Source of the DNA: Candidatus Binatia bacterium
GTDB lineage: Bacteria; Desulfobacterota; Binatia; UBA9968; JAJDTQ01
NCBI GenBank assembly: GCA_963422385.1
Contig: OY729432.1
Coordinates: forward strand, 1,989,136 to 2,053,135
Direction of reading: 5' to 3'
Length of the DNA: 64,000 nucleotides
Under the pieces are notes generated by a model. It made no database searches and had not been told where the DNA came from. It saw only the letters and a list, made by a program, of their open reading frames with translations. This document shows, one piece after another, positions 18,094 to 27,632 of this stretch (the first letter of the stretch is position 1; each line of letters starts with the position of its first letter). The position numbers and the translations under genes were made by a program.

Positions 18094-18447
18094 ATGGGAG
18101 TAACCTACATCGACGGTATCGCTCGGGGCGCCGAAGGACAAGAGCAGACGGTCCGGTTTATGGTGGACAGCGGGGCCAGGTACTCCCTGCTGCCCAAGCC
18201 GGTATGGGAGTCTCTGGGACTGAAGCCTAACCGGGAACTCACCTTCGTTCTGGCCGACGGCGCCACGGTGGAGCGGGGCGTGTCCGAGTGCTATCTGATT
18301 CTTCCTCAGGGCCGATCCCACAGCCCGATCATCCTGGGGGAGGAAGACGATGCAGCCTTGCTGGGCGTCGTTACACTGGAAATTCTGGGGCTGGTGCTCA
18401 ATCCATTCAACCGGACCTTGCAGCCGATGCGCATGACCCAAGCCTGA
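18094..18447 (+). CDS. Clan AA aspartic protease (retropepsin-like)
   Basis: FMVDSGARYSLLP, LADG, LLGVVTLEILGLVLNP. Confidence 0.88.
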   Translation: MGVTYIDGIARGAEGQEQTVRFMVDSGARYSLLPKPVWESLGLKPNRELTFVLADGATVERGVSECYLILPQGRSHSPIILGEEDDAALLGVVTLEILGLVLNPFNRTLQPMRMTQA

Positions 18448-18597
18448 GCCGGGCGGCGAATCTGCATGGCGGCCTGGGCCAACAAGCGGCCAGGGCCGCG
18501 TTGACACGCCCGGGCCTGCATGTTACGAGCGGCGAAAGTCATTGGCTCACGCCACGCGCATTTCCCTGACAGACGTTCGCAGATCGGAGGAACGGCC

Positions 18598-18774
18598 GTG
18601 AAGGATCAGATTCGACAGATCGACAAGGAGTACGGGTTCAACCTCAGCGAAGACGAGATCGAGTCCATCGCGAATCAGGCGGAGGAAACCCACCGGCTGT
18701 TGCAGGACCTCTACAAGGTCGACGTCGCCGGGGTCATGCCCATCATGAAGATCGACAAGCAACGGAAGAGTTGA
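18598..18774 (+). CDS. Small hypothetical protein (weakly GatC/AtzG-like)
   Basis: GGAGG RBS, GTG start, 58 aa: KEYGFNLSEDEIESIA...LYKVDVAGVMP; first gene of a co-directional cluster. Confidence 0.6.
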   Translation: MKDQIRQIDKEYGFNLSEDEIESIANQAEETHRLLQDLYKVDVAGVMPIMKIDKQRKS

Positions 18775-18790
18775 ACCTACCCATCGAACC

Positions 18791-20065
18791 ATGGACGACA
18801 ACACCAAGGAACAAATCCTCCAGCACATCGACGGCCAGGAGTTGGCCGAGCTCACCCGGGACCTGGTGGACATCCCGAGCCCCACCGGGTCGGAGAAGGA
18901 GATCGGCGAGTTCATTCTCGAGTGGTACGGACGCAACGGCCTCAAGCCCATCCGCCAGGAGGTCGACCCCAACCGCGTGAACGCGGTGGGCGTGCTCCAG
19001 GGCAGCGGCGGCGGCGTGTCGTTGATGATCAACGGCCATATGGACACGAGCTTCACCGGACAGGAAGACGACCTGATGCTGTGCCGGGAGCTCGAGCCCC
19101 GGAGCGAGCTTCGTGGAGCCATCCGGGACGGCAAGGTGTTCGGCCTGGCGGCGTCCAACATGAAGTCGGGGCTGGCGGCCTTCATGGTGGCCGGCAAGGC
19201 CCTCAGGAAGAGCGGCGTCGCCCTCAAGGGGGACCTGATCCTCGCGGCCGTGGCGGGCGAGATCTCCCGCACCCCCATCGGGCCGTACCAGTCCGGGTTG
19301 TACCGCGGGGAGGGGACAGGCACCCGCCACCTGCTGACCTACGGCGTCCAGTCCGACTACGCCATCGTGGCCGACCGCTCGGCGTTGTCCGTCATCTGGA
19401 CCCAGGCCGGTGTCGCCCAGTTCAAGATCAGCACCTTCGGCAATCCCCACGCGGCCTGGGGTGTCACCCGGGAGCAGGAACCGCCCGAGGAGCACAGCGC
19501 GGTATTGAAGATGGCCAAGGTGGTGCAGGCGGTGGACGCCTGGGCCGAGGGGTTCGAGGCCAACCACGTCTATCAGTCGGCCAACGGCCCGATCCTCCCC
19601 AAGGTCAACATCGGCTCGGTGCAGGGAGGCGCTCCCTACCGGCCCAACTACTATCCGGGCATCTGCTCCCTGTACGTTGACGTGCGGATTCCGCCGAAGC
19701 TCCGGCCCATCGAGGTGCAGCGCCAGTTGCGCGCGGTCATGGACGCCACCGGCTACGAGTACGACGTCGAGATGTACACGTCGAAGATGGGCTACGAGGC
19801 CAAGGGCATCGAGCCGGTGGTGGACGTCATCGAGTCGACGCACCAGGAGCTGTTCGGCGAGAAGACGACTCCGGCCAACACTTTCCGGTCCAGCATCTGG
19901 ACCGACACCAACATCTATAACGAGATGGGCATTCCCGCCTGCAAGTTCGGCCTCGGCGGCGGCCGCTTTACCACCCGGTCGGAGCAGATCGACATCGACG
20001 AGATCGTGCGCGCGGCGAAGATCTATGCCCTGTCGGCCGCGGCCATCTGCAATTGGAACCGATAG
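18791..20065 (+). CDS. M20/ArgE-DapE family metallohydrolase with atypical ligands
   Basis: LVDIPSPTGSE, SLMINGHMDT, DGKVFGLAASNMKSG, GIPACKFG. Confidence 0.88.
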   Translation: MDDNTKEQILQHIDGQELAELTRDLVDIPSPTGSEKEIGEFILEWYGRNGLKPIRQEVDPNRVNAVGVLQGSGGGVSLMINGHMDTSFTGQEDDLMLCRELEPRSELRGAIRDGKVFGLAASNMKSGLAAFMVAGKALRKSGVALKGDLILAAVAGEISRTPIGPYQSGLYRGEGTGTRHLLTYGVQSDYAIVADRSALSVIWTQAGVAQFKISTFGNPHAAWGVTREQEPPEEHSAVLKMAKVVQAVDAWAEGFEANHVYQSANGPILPKVNIGSVQGGAPYRPNYYPGICSLYVDVRIPPKLRPIEVQRQLRAVMDATGYEYDVEMYTSKMGYEAKGIEPVVDVIESTHQELFGEKTTPANTFRSSIWTDTNIYNEMGIPACKFGLGGGRFTTRSEQIDIDEIVRAAKIYALSAAAICNWNR

Positions 20066-20086
20066 CCATCGGATCAGGAACGACGC

Positions 20087-20593
20087 ATGGAACCGGTACT
20101 GGCTGAGAAGATCGTCCACGGCTTGAAGGCGGCGGGTATCGATTTCCTGACCTACCTGCCGGAGAGCCGCCTGAGCCAGATCCTGCCGCTGTTGCGCGAG
20201 GACGGCGCCGTGCAGATGGTTGCGGCCGCCAGCGAGCAGGAGGCCGTCACCATCGCCGCGGGCGCGGCCCTCGGGGGCAAGCGGGTAGCCTGCTACATGG
20301 AGAGCACGGGACCCTACGTCTCCGCCTATTCCCTGCTTACCGTGGGAAAGCAGATGGGCGTGCCGATCCTGTTGCTCATCGGCTTTCTGGGCAGTTTTGC
20401 CGATCAGAGGAACAGCTTCCTCTACGTGTCCATCGGCATGCGGATGATCCCCACCCTCGAAGGGCTGGGTCTCGAATACCGCGTGGTCGAGAACGCGGAG
20501 AATCTCGAACGGCACATCAAGGACGCGCAGCGGGTCAGCGACTCCATGCGGGCGCCGGCCGCCCTGATCTTCTCCGGGGAGTTCGCCCGATGA
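20087..20593 (+). CDS. ThDP-dependent decarboxylase alpha subunit (ComD/phosphonopyruvate decarboxylase-like)
   Basis: GIDFLTYLPES, EQEAVTIAAGAALGGKR...MESTG. Confidence 0.85.
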   Translation: MEPVLAEKIVHGLKAAGIDFLTYLPESRLSQILPLLREDGAVQMVAAASEQEAVTIAAGAALGGKRVACYMESTGPYVSAYSLLTVGKQMGVPILLLIGFLGSFADQRNSFLYVSIGMRMIPTLEGLGLEYRVVENAENLERHIKDAQRVSDSMRAPAALIFSGEFAR

Positions 20594-21192
20594 TCCGGCG
20601 CGACTGTCTCGAGCTCATCGCGCCGTTGATGACCGATCAATTGGTGCTCAGCTCCCAGAGCGGGCAGCGCATCGAATGGTTCCACCTGTCGCAGCACGAG
20701 GGGAACCTGCTGGTGGGAATGATGGGATGCGCCACGGGCGTGGGCATGGGACTGGCGCTGGCGCTGCCCCACCGGCGCGTCATCGTGCTCGAATCGGACG
20801 GCAGCGTCCTGCTGTCGCTGTTCAATCTTCCGACCTTGGGCAATCTCGATCTGTCCAACCTGTCGGTGTTCGTGTTCGACAACGAGGTCTACAGCGGCAG
20901 CACCATGAGCGAGCCCACGGCAACGTCCGGCAAGACCGACCTCGCCGCCGTCGCCCGGGCCTCGGGAATCGAAAACGCCGTGACCGTGGACGACCTCGAA
21001 GGCTTCAAGGAGCACGGCCTGCCGGGTGTGACCGGAGACGGGCTCCACTACGTGGTATGCAAGGTCGAAGAGAGCCTCTGGCACCGGGAGATCCCGCGTC
21101 CCAGCGTCGATCTGGCGGAGTACAAGTACCGGTTCGTGCGCTATATCGAGCGGACCGAGGGGAAGACCATCCCCTTCATCGGCTTGGGATAG
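20590..21192 (+). CDS. ThDP-dependent decarboxylase beta subunit (ComE-like)
   Basis: GMGLALALPHRRVIVLESDGSVLL...FDNEVY; ATGA overlap with alpha subunit. Confidence 0.85.
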   Translation: MIRRDCLELIAPLMTDQLVLSSQSGQRIEWFHLSQHEGNLLVGMMGCATGVGMGLALALPHRRVIVLESDGSVLLSLFNLPTLGNLDLSNLSVFVFDNEVYSGSTMSEPTATSGKTDLAAVARASGIENAVTVDDLEGFKEHGLPGVTGDGLHYVVCKVEESLWHREIPRPSVDLAEYKYRFVRYIERTEGKTIPFIGLG

Positions 21193-21258
21193 GGCTCTCC
21201 CCCATCCCGGATTCGCGAATTCTGGAGTATCAACTCAATCACAAGGAGGCGATTCACA

Positions 21259-21771
21259 ATGGCAACGAACCCTGAAGCGGTTAAACGGCAGGAAGCCGAA
21301 AAGACCGAATACGACTGGGGCACGCTCTGGCCGCACTATCACAAGGAGAGGATGAACTGGGCCACGGGCTTCCGCACCCGGGGTGACGTGGATATTCTGT
21401 TCCTTTCGGGTTCCACCGGACGCGATCCGTTCGAGGACGCGCCCTGCCGGGAACCCAACGAGGAGCGGGCGGGCCGAGGCAAGGTCGTCGGCGGCATCAA
21501 GGAGCAGACGCGTCAGGCCTGGCAGGACATCAAGGACAATCTCGAGATGATGGGCGGCGAGTTGAAGCACATCGTCATGATCCGCTACTTCCTCACGCGC
21601 AGAGAGGACGTATTCGACATGCGCGACGAGATGTACAAGTTCTTCGAGGAGCACGAGCCCGACCTGCGGGCCCACCCCCGTCCCGCCACCTTGCTGCGCG
21701 GCGTGGGCATCGATCTGCAGGACATGCTCATCGAGATCGAGGCATGGGCGGCGGTGCCGCGCAGCAAGTAG
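21259..21771 (+). CDS. RidA/YjgF/UK114 family protein
   Basis: LFLSG, IKEQTRQAWQDI, PATLL, LIEIEAWA. Confidence 0.85.
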   Translation: MATNPEAVKRQEAEKTEYDWGTLWPHYHKERMNWATGFRTRGDVDILFLSGSTGRDPFEDAPCREPNEERAGRGKVVGGIKEQTRQAWQDIKDNLEMMGGELKHIVMIRYFLTRREDVFDMRDEMYKFFEEHEPDLRAHPRPATLLRGVGIDLQDMLIEIEAWAAVPRSK

Positions 21772-21823
21772 TTCGGCAATCCCGTGGTTCGGGGGGCAGC
21801 GGCTCCCCGAACCACGTCCAAGC

Positions 21824-22597
21824 CTACGGCCAATCCAGCTCCGCCATCACCGGAGCGTGATCCGACGGCTTCGAACCCTTTCGCTCATCCCGGTCCACGC
21901 CCGCGGACGTGGTCCGCGACGCCAGTTCCGGCGTGGCGAGAATATGGTCGATGCGCAGCCCCTGGTTGCGCGGGAACGCGAGTTGCCGGTAGTCCCACCA
22001 CGAATAGAGCCCCGGCTCCGGATTGTGCTTCCGGACCACGTCCTGGAGGCCCCGGTCCAGCAGCCGCGTCATGACCTGAGTCATTTCGGGATTGAAGAGC
22101 ACGGTGCCACGCCACGCGTCCGGCTCCGCCACGTCCGCCACGTCGGGTGCGATGTTGAAATCGCCCGAGATCAGGAGCGGCGTTTCCGGGATCCGGGTCT
22201 TCTCCAGGTACACGAACAGCCGTTCCAGCCACGCCCGCTTGTAGACGTACTTGTCCGATTCGACCTTGGCCCCGTTGGGGACGTAGACCGATACGAATCG
22301 AATGCCCTGGACCATGCCGCAGATGCAGCGCGCCTGGGGGTCGTCGGCTTCGTCACCGAAACCGACCCGGACATCCTCGATGGGCTCCCGCGACAGGATT
22401 GCCACGCCGTTGTAGGTCTTCTGGCCGTGCACCGCGGCGTGATAGCCCTGCTCCTTCACGGCTTCGTAGGGAAACTGCTCGTCGGTGACCTTGGTCTCCT
22501 GCAGACAAACCACGTCGGGGGCTTGTCGTGACAGCCAGCTCAACAAGCGTTGCTCCCGCGCACGGATCGAGTTCAGATTCCACGTTACGACCTTCAA
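21824..22597 (-). CDS. xth: Exodeoxyribonuclease III
   Basis: TWNLNSIR, LQETK, YNGVAILS, YVPNG, GDFNIAP, GLRIDH, SDHAPV. Confidence 0.96.
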   Translation of the reverse strand: MKVVTWNLNSIRAREQRLLSWLSRQAPDVVCLQETKVTDEQFPYEAVKEQGYHAAVHGQKTYNGVAILSREPIEDVRVGFGDEADDPQARCICGMVQGIRFVSVYVPNGAKVESDKYVYKRAWLERLFVYLEKTRIPETPLLISGDFNIAPDVADVAEPDAWRGTVLFNPEMTQVMTRLLDRGLQDVVRKHNPEPGLYSWWDYRQLAFPRNQGLRIDHILATPELASRTTSAGVDRDERKGSKPSDHAPVMAELDWP

Positions 22598-22639
22598 GTT
22601 CTTCTCCCTTTCGTCATGCGGATGCGGGAATGACCTTGT

Positions 22640-23434
22640 TCAGGCTCCCATCGTCCAGTACCGGCCGTTGCTTCGCCTCAGGGCGAGGGGGGTTTCATAG
22701 AGTTCCTGCAGCAGGCTTTCGGTGACGACCTTGGAGGTGTCGCCCGAACGGAAGACCCGGCCGCCCTTGAGCACCAGGATCTTTTCGAAGGCCGGCAGGA
22801 TCTCCTCGATGTGATGCGTGACATAGACCAAAGCGGTGGCGTCGCTGGTGCGCCCCAATTCCTGGAGGGCCGCCAGCAGGCCTTCCCTGGCGCCCGGATC
22901 CAGGCCCGCGCACGGCTCGTCGAGGAACATCAGGTAGGGACGGGTCATCAACGCCCTGCTGATGAGGATCTTCTGCTGCTCCCCCTGGGACAGCGTGCCG
23001 AACGCCTGATCCTTCAGGCGCAGGCATCCCATGCGCTCCATGATGGCCTCGGCCCGCGCGTAGTCTCCCTCCCCGGGACGGACCGTGGACATCTCGAGCA
23101 GGCCGATCTGCGCGAACTTTCCCGACACTACCGTGCGTAACGCCCTTTCCCGGCCGGGAATCTGGGAGGTCAACGACGCGGTGACCCAGCCGATGCCCTT
23201 GCGCAGCTCCCGGAGGTCCACCCGCCGGCTGCCGTTGCGGTAGATGACGCCGCCTTGATTCGGCCACAGGTAGCCGCAGGCCATCTTTAGCAACGTGGTC
23301 TTGCCCGAGCCGTTGGGTCCCAGGATCACCCAGTGCTCACCTTGGCCCACGGTCCAGTCGATGGAGTCGAGAATCGTGTGTTGCGCCGCCGCGTACGAGA
23401 CGTTGCGGATGTCGAGCGGGACTGCCGTGTTCAT
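22640..23434 (-). CDS. ABC transporter ATP-binding protein (ModF/YlmA-like)
   Basis: GPNGSGKTT, LSQGEQQK, LDEPCAGLD, VTHHIEEI. Confidence 0.9.
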   Translation of the reverse strand: MNTAVPLDIRNVSYAAAQHTILDSIDWTVGQGEHWVILGPNGSGKTTLLKMACGYLWPNQGGVIYRNGSRRVDLRELRKGIGWVTASLTSQIPGRERALRTVVSGKFAQIGLLEMSTVRPGEGDYARAEAIMERMGCLRLKDQAFGTLSQGEQQKILISRALMTRPYLMFLDEPCAGLDPGAREGLLAALQELGRTSDATALVYVTHHIEEILPAFEKILVLKGGRVFRSGDTSKVVTESLLQELYETPLALRRSNGRYWTMGA

Positions 23435-23530
23435 GTCTCCCTGTTTCTCCTCGGATGGAACATCGCCCTGCCGCTCTATCCTGTCCGTCTTGTCCCGGCA
23501 TCCCATCCCCTCCTTCGTTCCCCGGCCTTT

Positions 23531-23560
23531 CCGTCATGCCCGCGAGAGCGGGAATCCAGG
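23531..23560. repeat. CGTC-type REP-like palindrome
   Basis: CCGTCATGCCCGCGAGAGCGGGAATCCAGG. Confidence 0.7.
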
Positions 23561-23629
23561 AGGGTTGGGGCGGGGCAATTCCGCAGACCGTATTGCCAAC
23601 GTAGAGCGAAGGTTCTAAATAGCATTCCC

Positions 23630-24379
23630 ATGCGTAGACTCGAAGGGCGGACGGCCATCGTGACCGGGAGCGGCCAGGGAATCGGAGAGGCCATCGCCGT
23701 GGCGATGGCAAAAGAGGGCGCTGGCGTGGTGGTGGCGGAGTTACGCGAAGAAAGCGCCAAGGCCGTCCGGCGGAAAATCGAGGAGGGCGGCGGCACGGCC
23801 CTTTGCCACCCCACCGACGTGTCGCAGGAAGCCTCCGTCGATGCCATGGTGCATGCCTGCCTGAGCCGTTTCGGCAAGGTCGATATCCTGGTCAACAATG
23901 CCGGCATCTACCCCACGAGCACGGTCGAGGACATGGCCGAGAGCGAATGGGAGCGGGTCATCGGCACCAATTTGTTCGGGACGTTCCTGTGTAGCCGGGC
24001 GGTGACGCCGCGGATGCTGCAACAGCGAAGCGGCCGCATCATCAGCATCACCTCCGGCCGGGGACTTCAGGGCGCGGCCAACGGCGCCCATTATGCGGCC
24101 TCCAAGGGCGGCATCATCGGCTTCACCAAGAGTCTGGCCCTTGAGCTGGCGCCAGCGGGTATTGCCGTGAACTGCATCTGTCCCGGGGTGTCGGACACCG
24201 CGCAGCCCCGTGGCCACCGGACCGAGGAGGAGCTTTACGCCAGCGCCGCCACCATACCGCTGGGGCGCATCGGGCAGCCGCGGGACATGGCCAAGGCGGC
24301 GGTCTTCCTCGCCAGCGACCAGGCCCGGTTCGTCACCGGACAGACCGTGGTGGTCAACGGCGGGGCGATCATGTTGTAG
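23630..24379 (+). CDS. SDR family oxidoreductase
   Basis: TGSGQGIG, NNAG, YAASK. Confidence 0.93.
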   Translation: MRRLEGRTAIVTGSGQGIGEAIAVAMAKEGAGVVVAELREESAKAVRRKIEEGGGTALCHPTDVSQEASVDAMVHACLSRFGKVDILVNNAGIYPTSTVEDMAESEWERVIGTNLFGTFLCSRAVTPRMLQQRSGRIISITSGRGLQGAANGAHYAASKGGIIGFTKSLALELAPAGIAVNCICPGVSDTAQPRGHRTEEELYASAATIPLGRIGQPRDMAKAAVFLASDQARFVTGQTVVVNGGAIML

Positions 24380-24430
24380 GGCCGCCGCGCCACGGCTTCA
24401 GCTTCACGAGCGTTTGAGAACGAAGGATGG

Positions 24431-25177
24431 ATGATGGATTCGAAAGTGGTTGTCGTGACCGGCGGCGCCAGCGGCATCGGCCGCGCCACGGTGCTGCGCT
24501 TCAGCGACGAAGGCTACCTGCCCGTGATCCTCGACCGGGATGCCGAAGCAGGTGCCGCCACCGCGTCGCTGCTTGAGACAAGACAGGTGGAAGGCCGCTT
24601 CATCCAGGCGGACCTGACCAAGAAGCCGGAGGTGACGGCCGCGTTCGAACGCATCCTGTCCGCCTGCGGCCGCATCGATGTCCTGGTGAACCTCGCCGGG
24701 GGAACGTTCCACAAGAACGCCATCCAGGACGTCACCCCAGCCCAGTGGAAGGAATGCCTCGATTCCAACCTCAAGACCACGTTCCTGTGCTCCCAAGCGG
24801 TCATCGCGCCCATGAAGCGGGCGGGGCAGGGGACCATCGTCAACACCGCCTCCAACTTCGGCGTGACGGGCGGCGCTGAGCGGACCCATTACGCCGCCTC
24901 CAAGGCCGCCATCATCGCCTTCTCCAAGTCCCTGGCCACGGAGCTGGCGCCCCACGGCATCCGCGTCAATACCATCGCCCCCGGACTCACCGGAACCGAG
25001 CGGGTGCGGAGCAAGTACGACGCGGACGAGTGGGCCCAACTGTCCGGCGCCCTCCCCATGGCGAGAGCCGCCATGCCCGAGGAGATCGCCCACGGCATCT
25101 TTTTCCTCGCCGGCGACGCGAGCGACTACGTCACCGGCGCCACCCTGCACGTTAACGGCGGCATGGTCATGCCGTGA
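24431..25177 (+). CDS. SDR family oxidoreductase
   Basis: TGGASGIG, VNLAG, YAASK. Confidence 0.93.
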   Translation: MMDSKVVVVTGGASGIGRATVLRFSDEGYLPVILDRDAEAGAATASLLETRQVEGRFIQADLTKKPEVTAAFERILSACGRIDVLVNLAGGTFHKNAIQDVTPAQWKECLDSNLKTTFLCSQAVIAPMKRAGQGTIVNTASNFGVTGGAERTHYAASKAAIIAFSKSLATELAPHGIRVNTIAPGLTGTERVRSKYDADEWAQLSGALPMARAAMPEEIAHGIFFLAGDASDYVTGATLHVNGGMVMP

Positions 25178-25289
25178 GCAGCACCCATGAGCAGAGGGTC
25201 CGACCTGCCGCCCGGGATCGCGCAACGGATGCGGCGCGTATTCACGCCTGTTCCCCCTCAGGTGAGGTATCGTTATGCTACGGGCATGT

Positions 25290-26263
25290 GTTCGATACAC
25301 TTCGGGGCGGTCGACTTCGAGGCTGCGTGCTGCACGTGGTGGTCGACGGCCGTTATCGAAGAAGATGAGGTACTGCGCACCTTTTCCGCTCCGGCGCACG
25401 AAGCGGCCATCGAGAAGTTCCGCCAGATCGATGATGGTTTTCAGAAGCTCACCGCAGGGTATGTCGCTGCGAAGCATCGTTGCCGGCGGTCCCGAACAGA
25501 TGCCGCCAACCAACTTCTTTTCACGTGCGGATGACGACCCCGACGGTGATGTGGATAAGGAGGGAGATCCGGAGCGCATTCCGGACGGGATGCTCGGGGC
25601 CAGCATCCCTGCCATAACCTTGAACCTTCACTATCGGTCGCGCCACGAGAGTCTGATCGCGTTCTCCAATGACCGGTACTACGGCAACGGGCTGATCACC
25701 TTTCAGCCCTCGAAGTGGCTGATCGAGCAGTCCGCCTCGAACGCCCCGACGCCTTCTACGCCCGTGGCGGCGCTCGTCACAATCAGGGAGAGGCGAGGGC
25801 GATTGTGGACGAAATCGTCCGTCGCTTGACCAACCGGGATTCGGTGGTCCGAGGCCGTTCGATCGGCCTCGTTACTTTCAATTCCGGGCAACGGAGAGTG
25901 TGACGGCGCCATGTACCATGGCTCCGCCTTTGCGCGTGAACGGGACAAGATCCGTCAGTCCGTGCTGGAAAGCATTGGTTGGACGATTTCTCGTAACTGG
26001 TCGACGGACTGGTGGACCAACAGGGAAGGCGCGATCAAGAATGTCGACGACAGGCTTCGCCAACGTCTCGATGAAGACCGTCGGGAACAGGTTGAGCAAG
26101 AGGATGTTGGCGCCTCCGATGAAGACATTGGCACGGAACCGGAAGCCGATGACGTCGATGTGCCGGAACCAGCGCCGGAAGGCATCGGGGGTACGGAGCC
26201 TCACTCTGGCGCAGACCGTGGCCCGGACCTGAGCACCCATGAGGAAGAGAGGGCCGGTTTGCG
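25290..26263 (+). pseudogene. Collapsed DUF4011/DUF3320-type SF1 helicase-Vsr-like nuclease gene (Hhe-type)
   Basis: Out-of-frame pieces: QMPPTNFF, LNLHYRSRHESLIAFSNDRYY, NQGEARAIV...SIGLVTFN, ECDGAMYH...RERDKIRQSVLESIGW...WSTDWW. Confidence 0.82.
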
Positions 26264-27435
26264 TCAGCCACGGTACGACTGCACCAGCCGATCGACCATG
26301 GCAGGCAACGTCACGGCCTGAATGTCCTTGGCCAGCGGGAAGCTTTCCTTGCCGGCGTGCACGACGAACTTCCGGTACGGCCGCAGGTCTTCGCAGGCGC
26401 TGTGGAATCCCTTGGAGACCGTAGGTGCGGAGCTGCGTTCGATCTCTACCGCCCAGAGTTCGCCGGCGCCGACGTCGATGATCCAGTCTACCTCGGCGCC
26501 GCCGGATGTCCGGTAGTAGCCGTATGAGGCTCGTCTCGGCAGCGCGCTGATCATGTTCTCGATGACGTAGCCTTCCCAACTGCCGCCGATGACGGGATGC
26601 CCGAACAGCTCATCCATGGTCTCGATGCCCAGCAGCGCATGGCAGATACCGCTGTCCCTGACATGGACCTTTGGCGCCTTGACGAGCCGTCTTCCCAGGT
26701 TGCTGGTCCACGGCGGCAGCCGGCGCATCAATAGGAGATCGACCATCAGTTCCAGATACCTTGCGATGGTGACGCCGTTGACGTCGAGTCCGCGCACCAG
26801 TGCCGCGGCGTTGTGAATCCGCCCTTGATTGTGGGCGAGCATGGTCCAGAACCGGCGTAGCGTCTCGGCCGGTATACGCGGCCCGAACTGTGGGATGTCA
26901 CGCTCGAGGTAGGTGCGAATGAAGTTCAGGCGCCACTCCAGGCTCTCCCCGTCACCGGGAGCAAGGTAGCTTTCCGGCAAACCGCCTCGGCGTCAGAGCC
27001 GGTGAAGCTCGCCCATGGGCACCTCTCCGGCGTTGAAGGCATGCAGTTCGCAGTGGGCGACACGGCCTGCCAGGGTCTCACTCGACTGTTTCAGCAGGTC
27101 CATGGAGGCTGAGCCGAGCAGCAGGAACAGCGCAGTCCTCTTGCCGGCCCGGCGGCGTTCGTCGATGATGCTGCGCACGGGGCGAACAGACCCGGCGTAC
27201 GGTGTATCCCGTCGAGAATGAGCAGGTCGTCGGCGGTTTCCTCGCAGTAGCGTTCGATGTCGGTCGTCTTGGCGAGGTCGCTTGGCCGCTCCAGGTCCAG
27301 ATAGACGGCATTGCGCTCGCGGGCCACTTCCCGGGCGAGGGTTGTCTTGCCGACCTGACGTGGCCCGATCAGAACAACGGCGGGGTTTGTGTCCAGCAGC
27401 CGGTTCAATGTCGGTTTGATGTGGCGATCAATCAT
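26264..27435 (-). pseudogene. AAA_14 ATPase + DUF4143 gene, frameshifted
   Basis: GPRQVGKTT, FLLLGSAS...SETLAGR and GFPESYL...RLVKAPK...SWEGYVIEN...AEVD lie in three different ORFs. Confidence 0.88.
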
Positions 27436-27632
27436 CCATGTAAATATAACTTGTCATGTCATATTTGCATAGTTTCTGCGTTGGCTCTCTTGATATCCGC
27501 GGAAGGCGGAGCTGCCAATATCGGCGACCAGGCTTGTTGCCCGTATCCCACACGGGTGTATGCTGGAAATGTGCGGAAATTCCGCCACGGGGGTGATGTG
27601 CCGACCGGCAATGGACGCAGAGGGTGGTGTCT

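Noticed and set aside
20087-21192. comD/comE of coenzyme M synthesis or ppd of phosphonate synthesis
   Set aside because: No comABC or pepM nearby and the sequences are divergent, so only a family-level call is supported.
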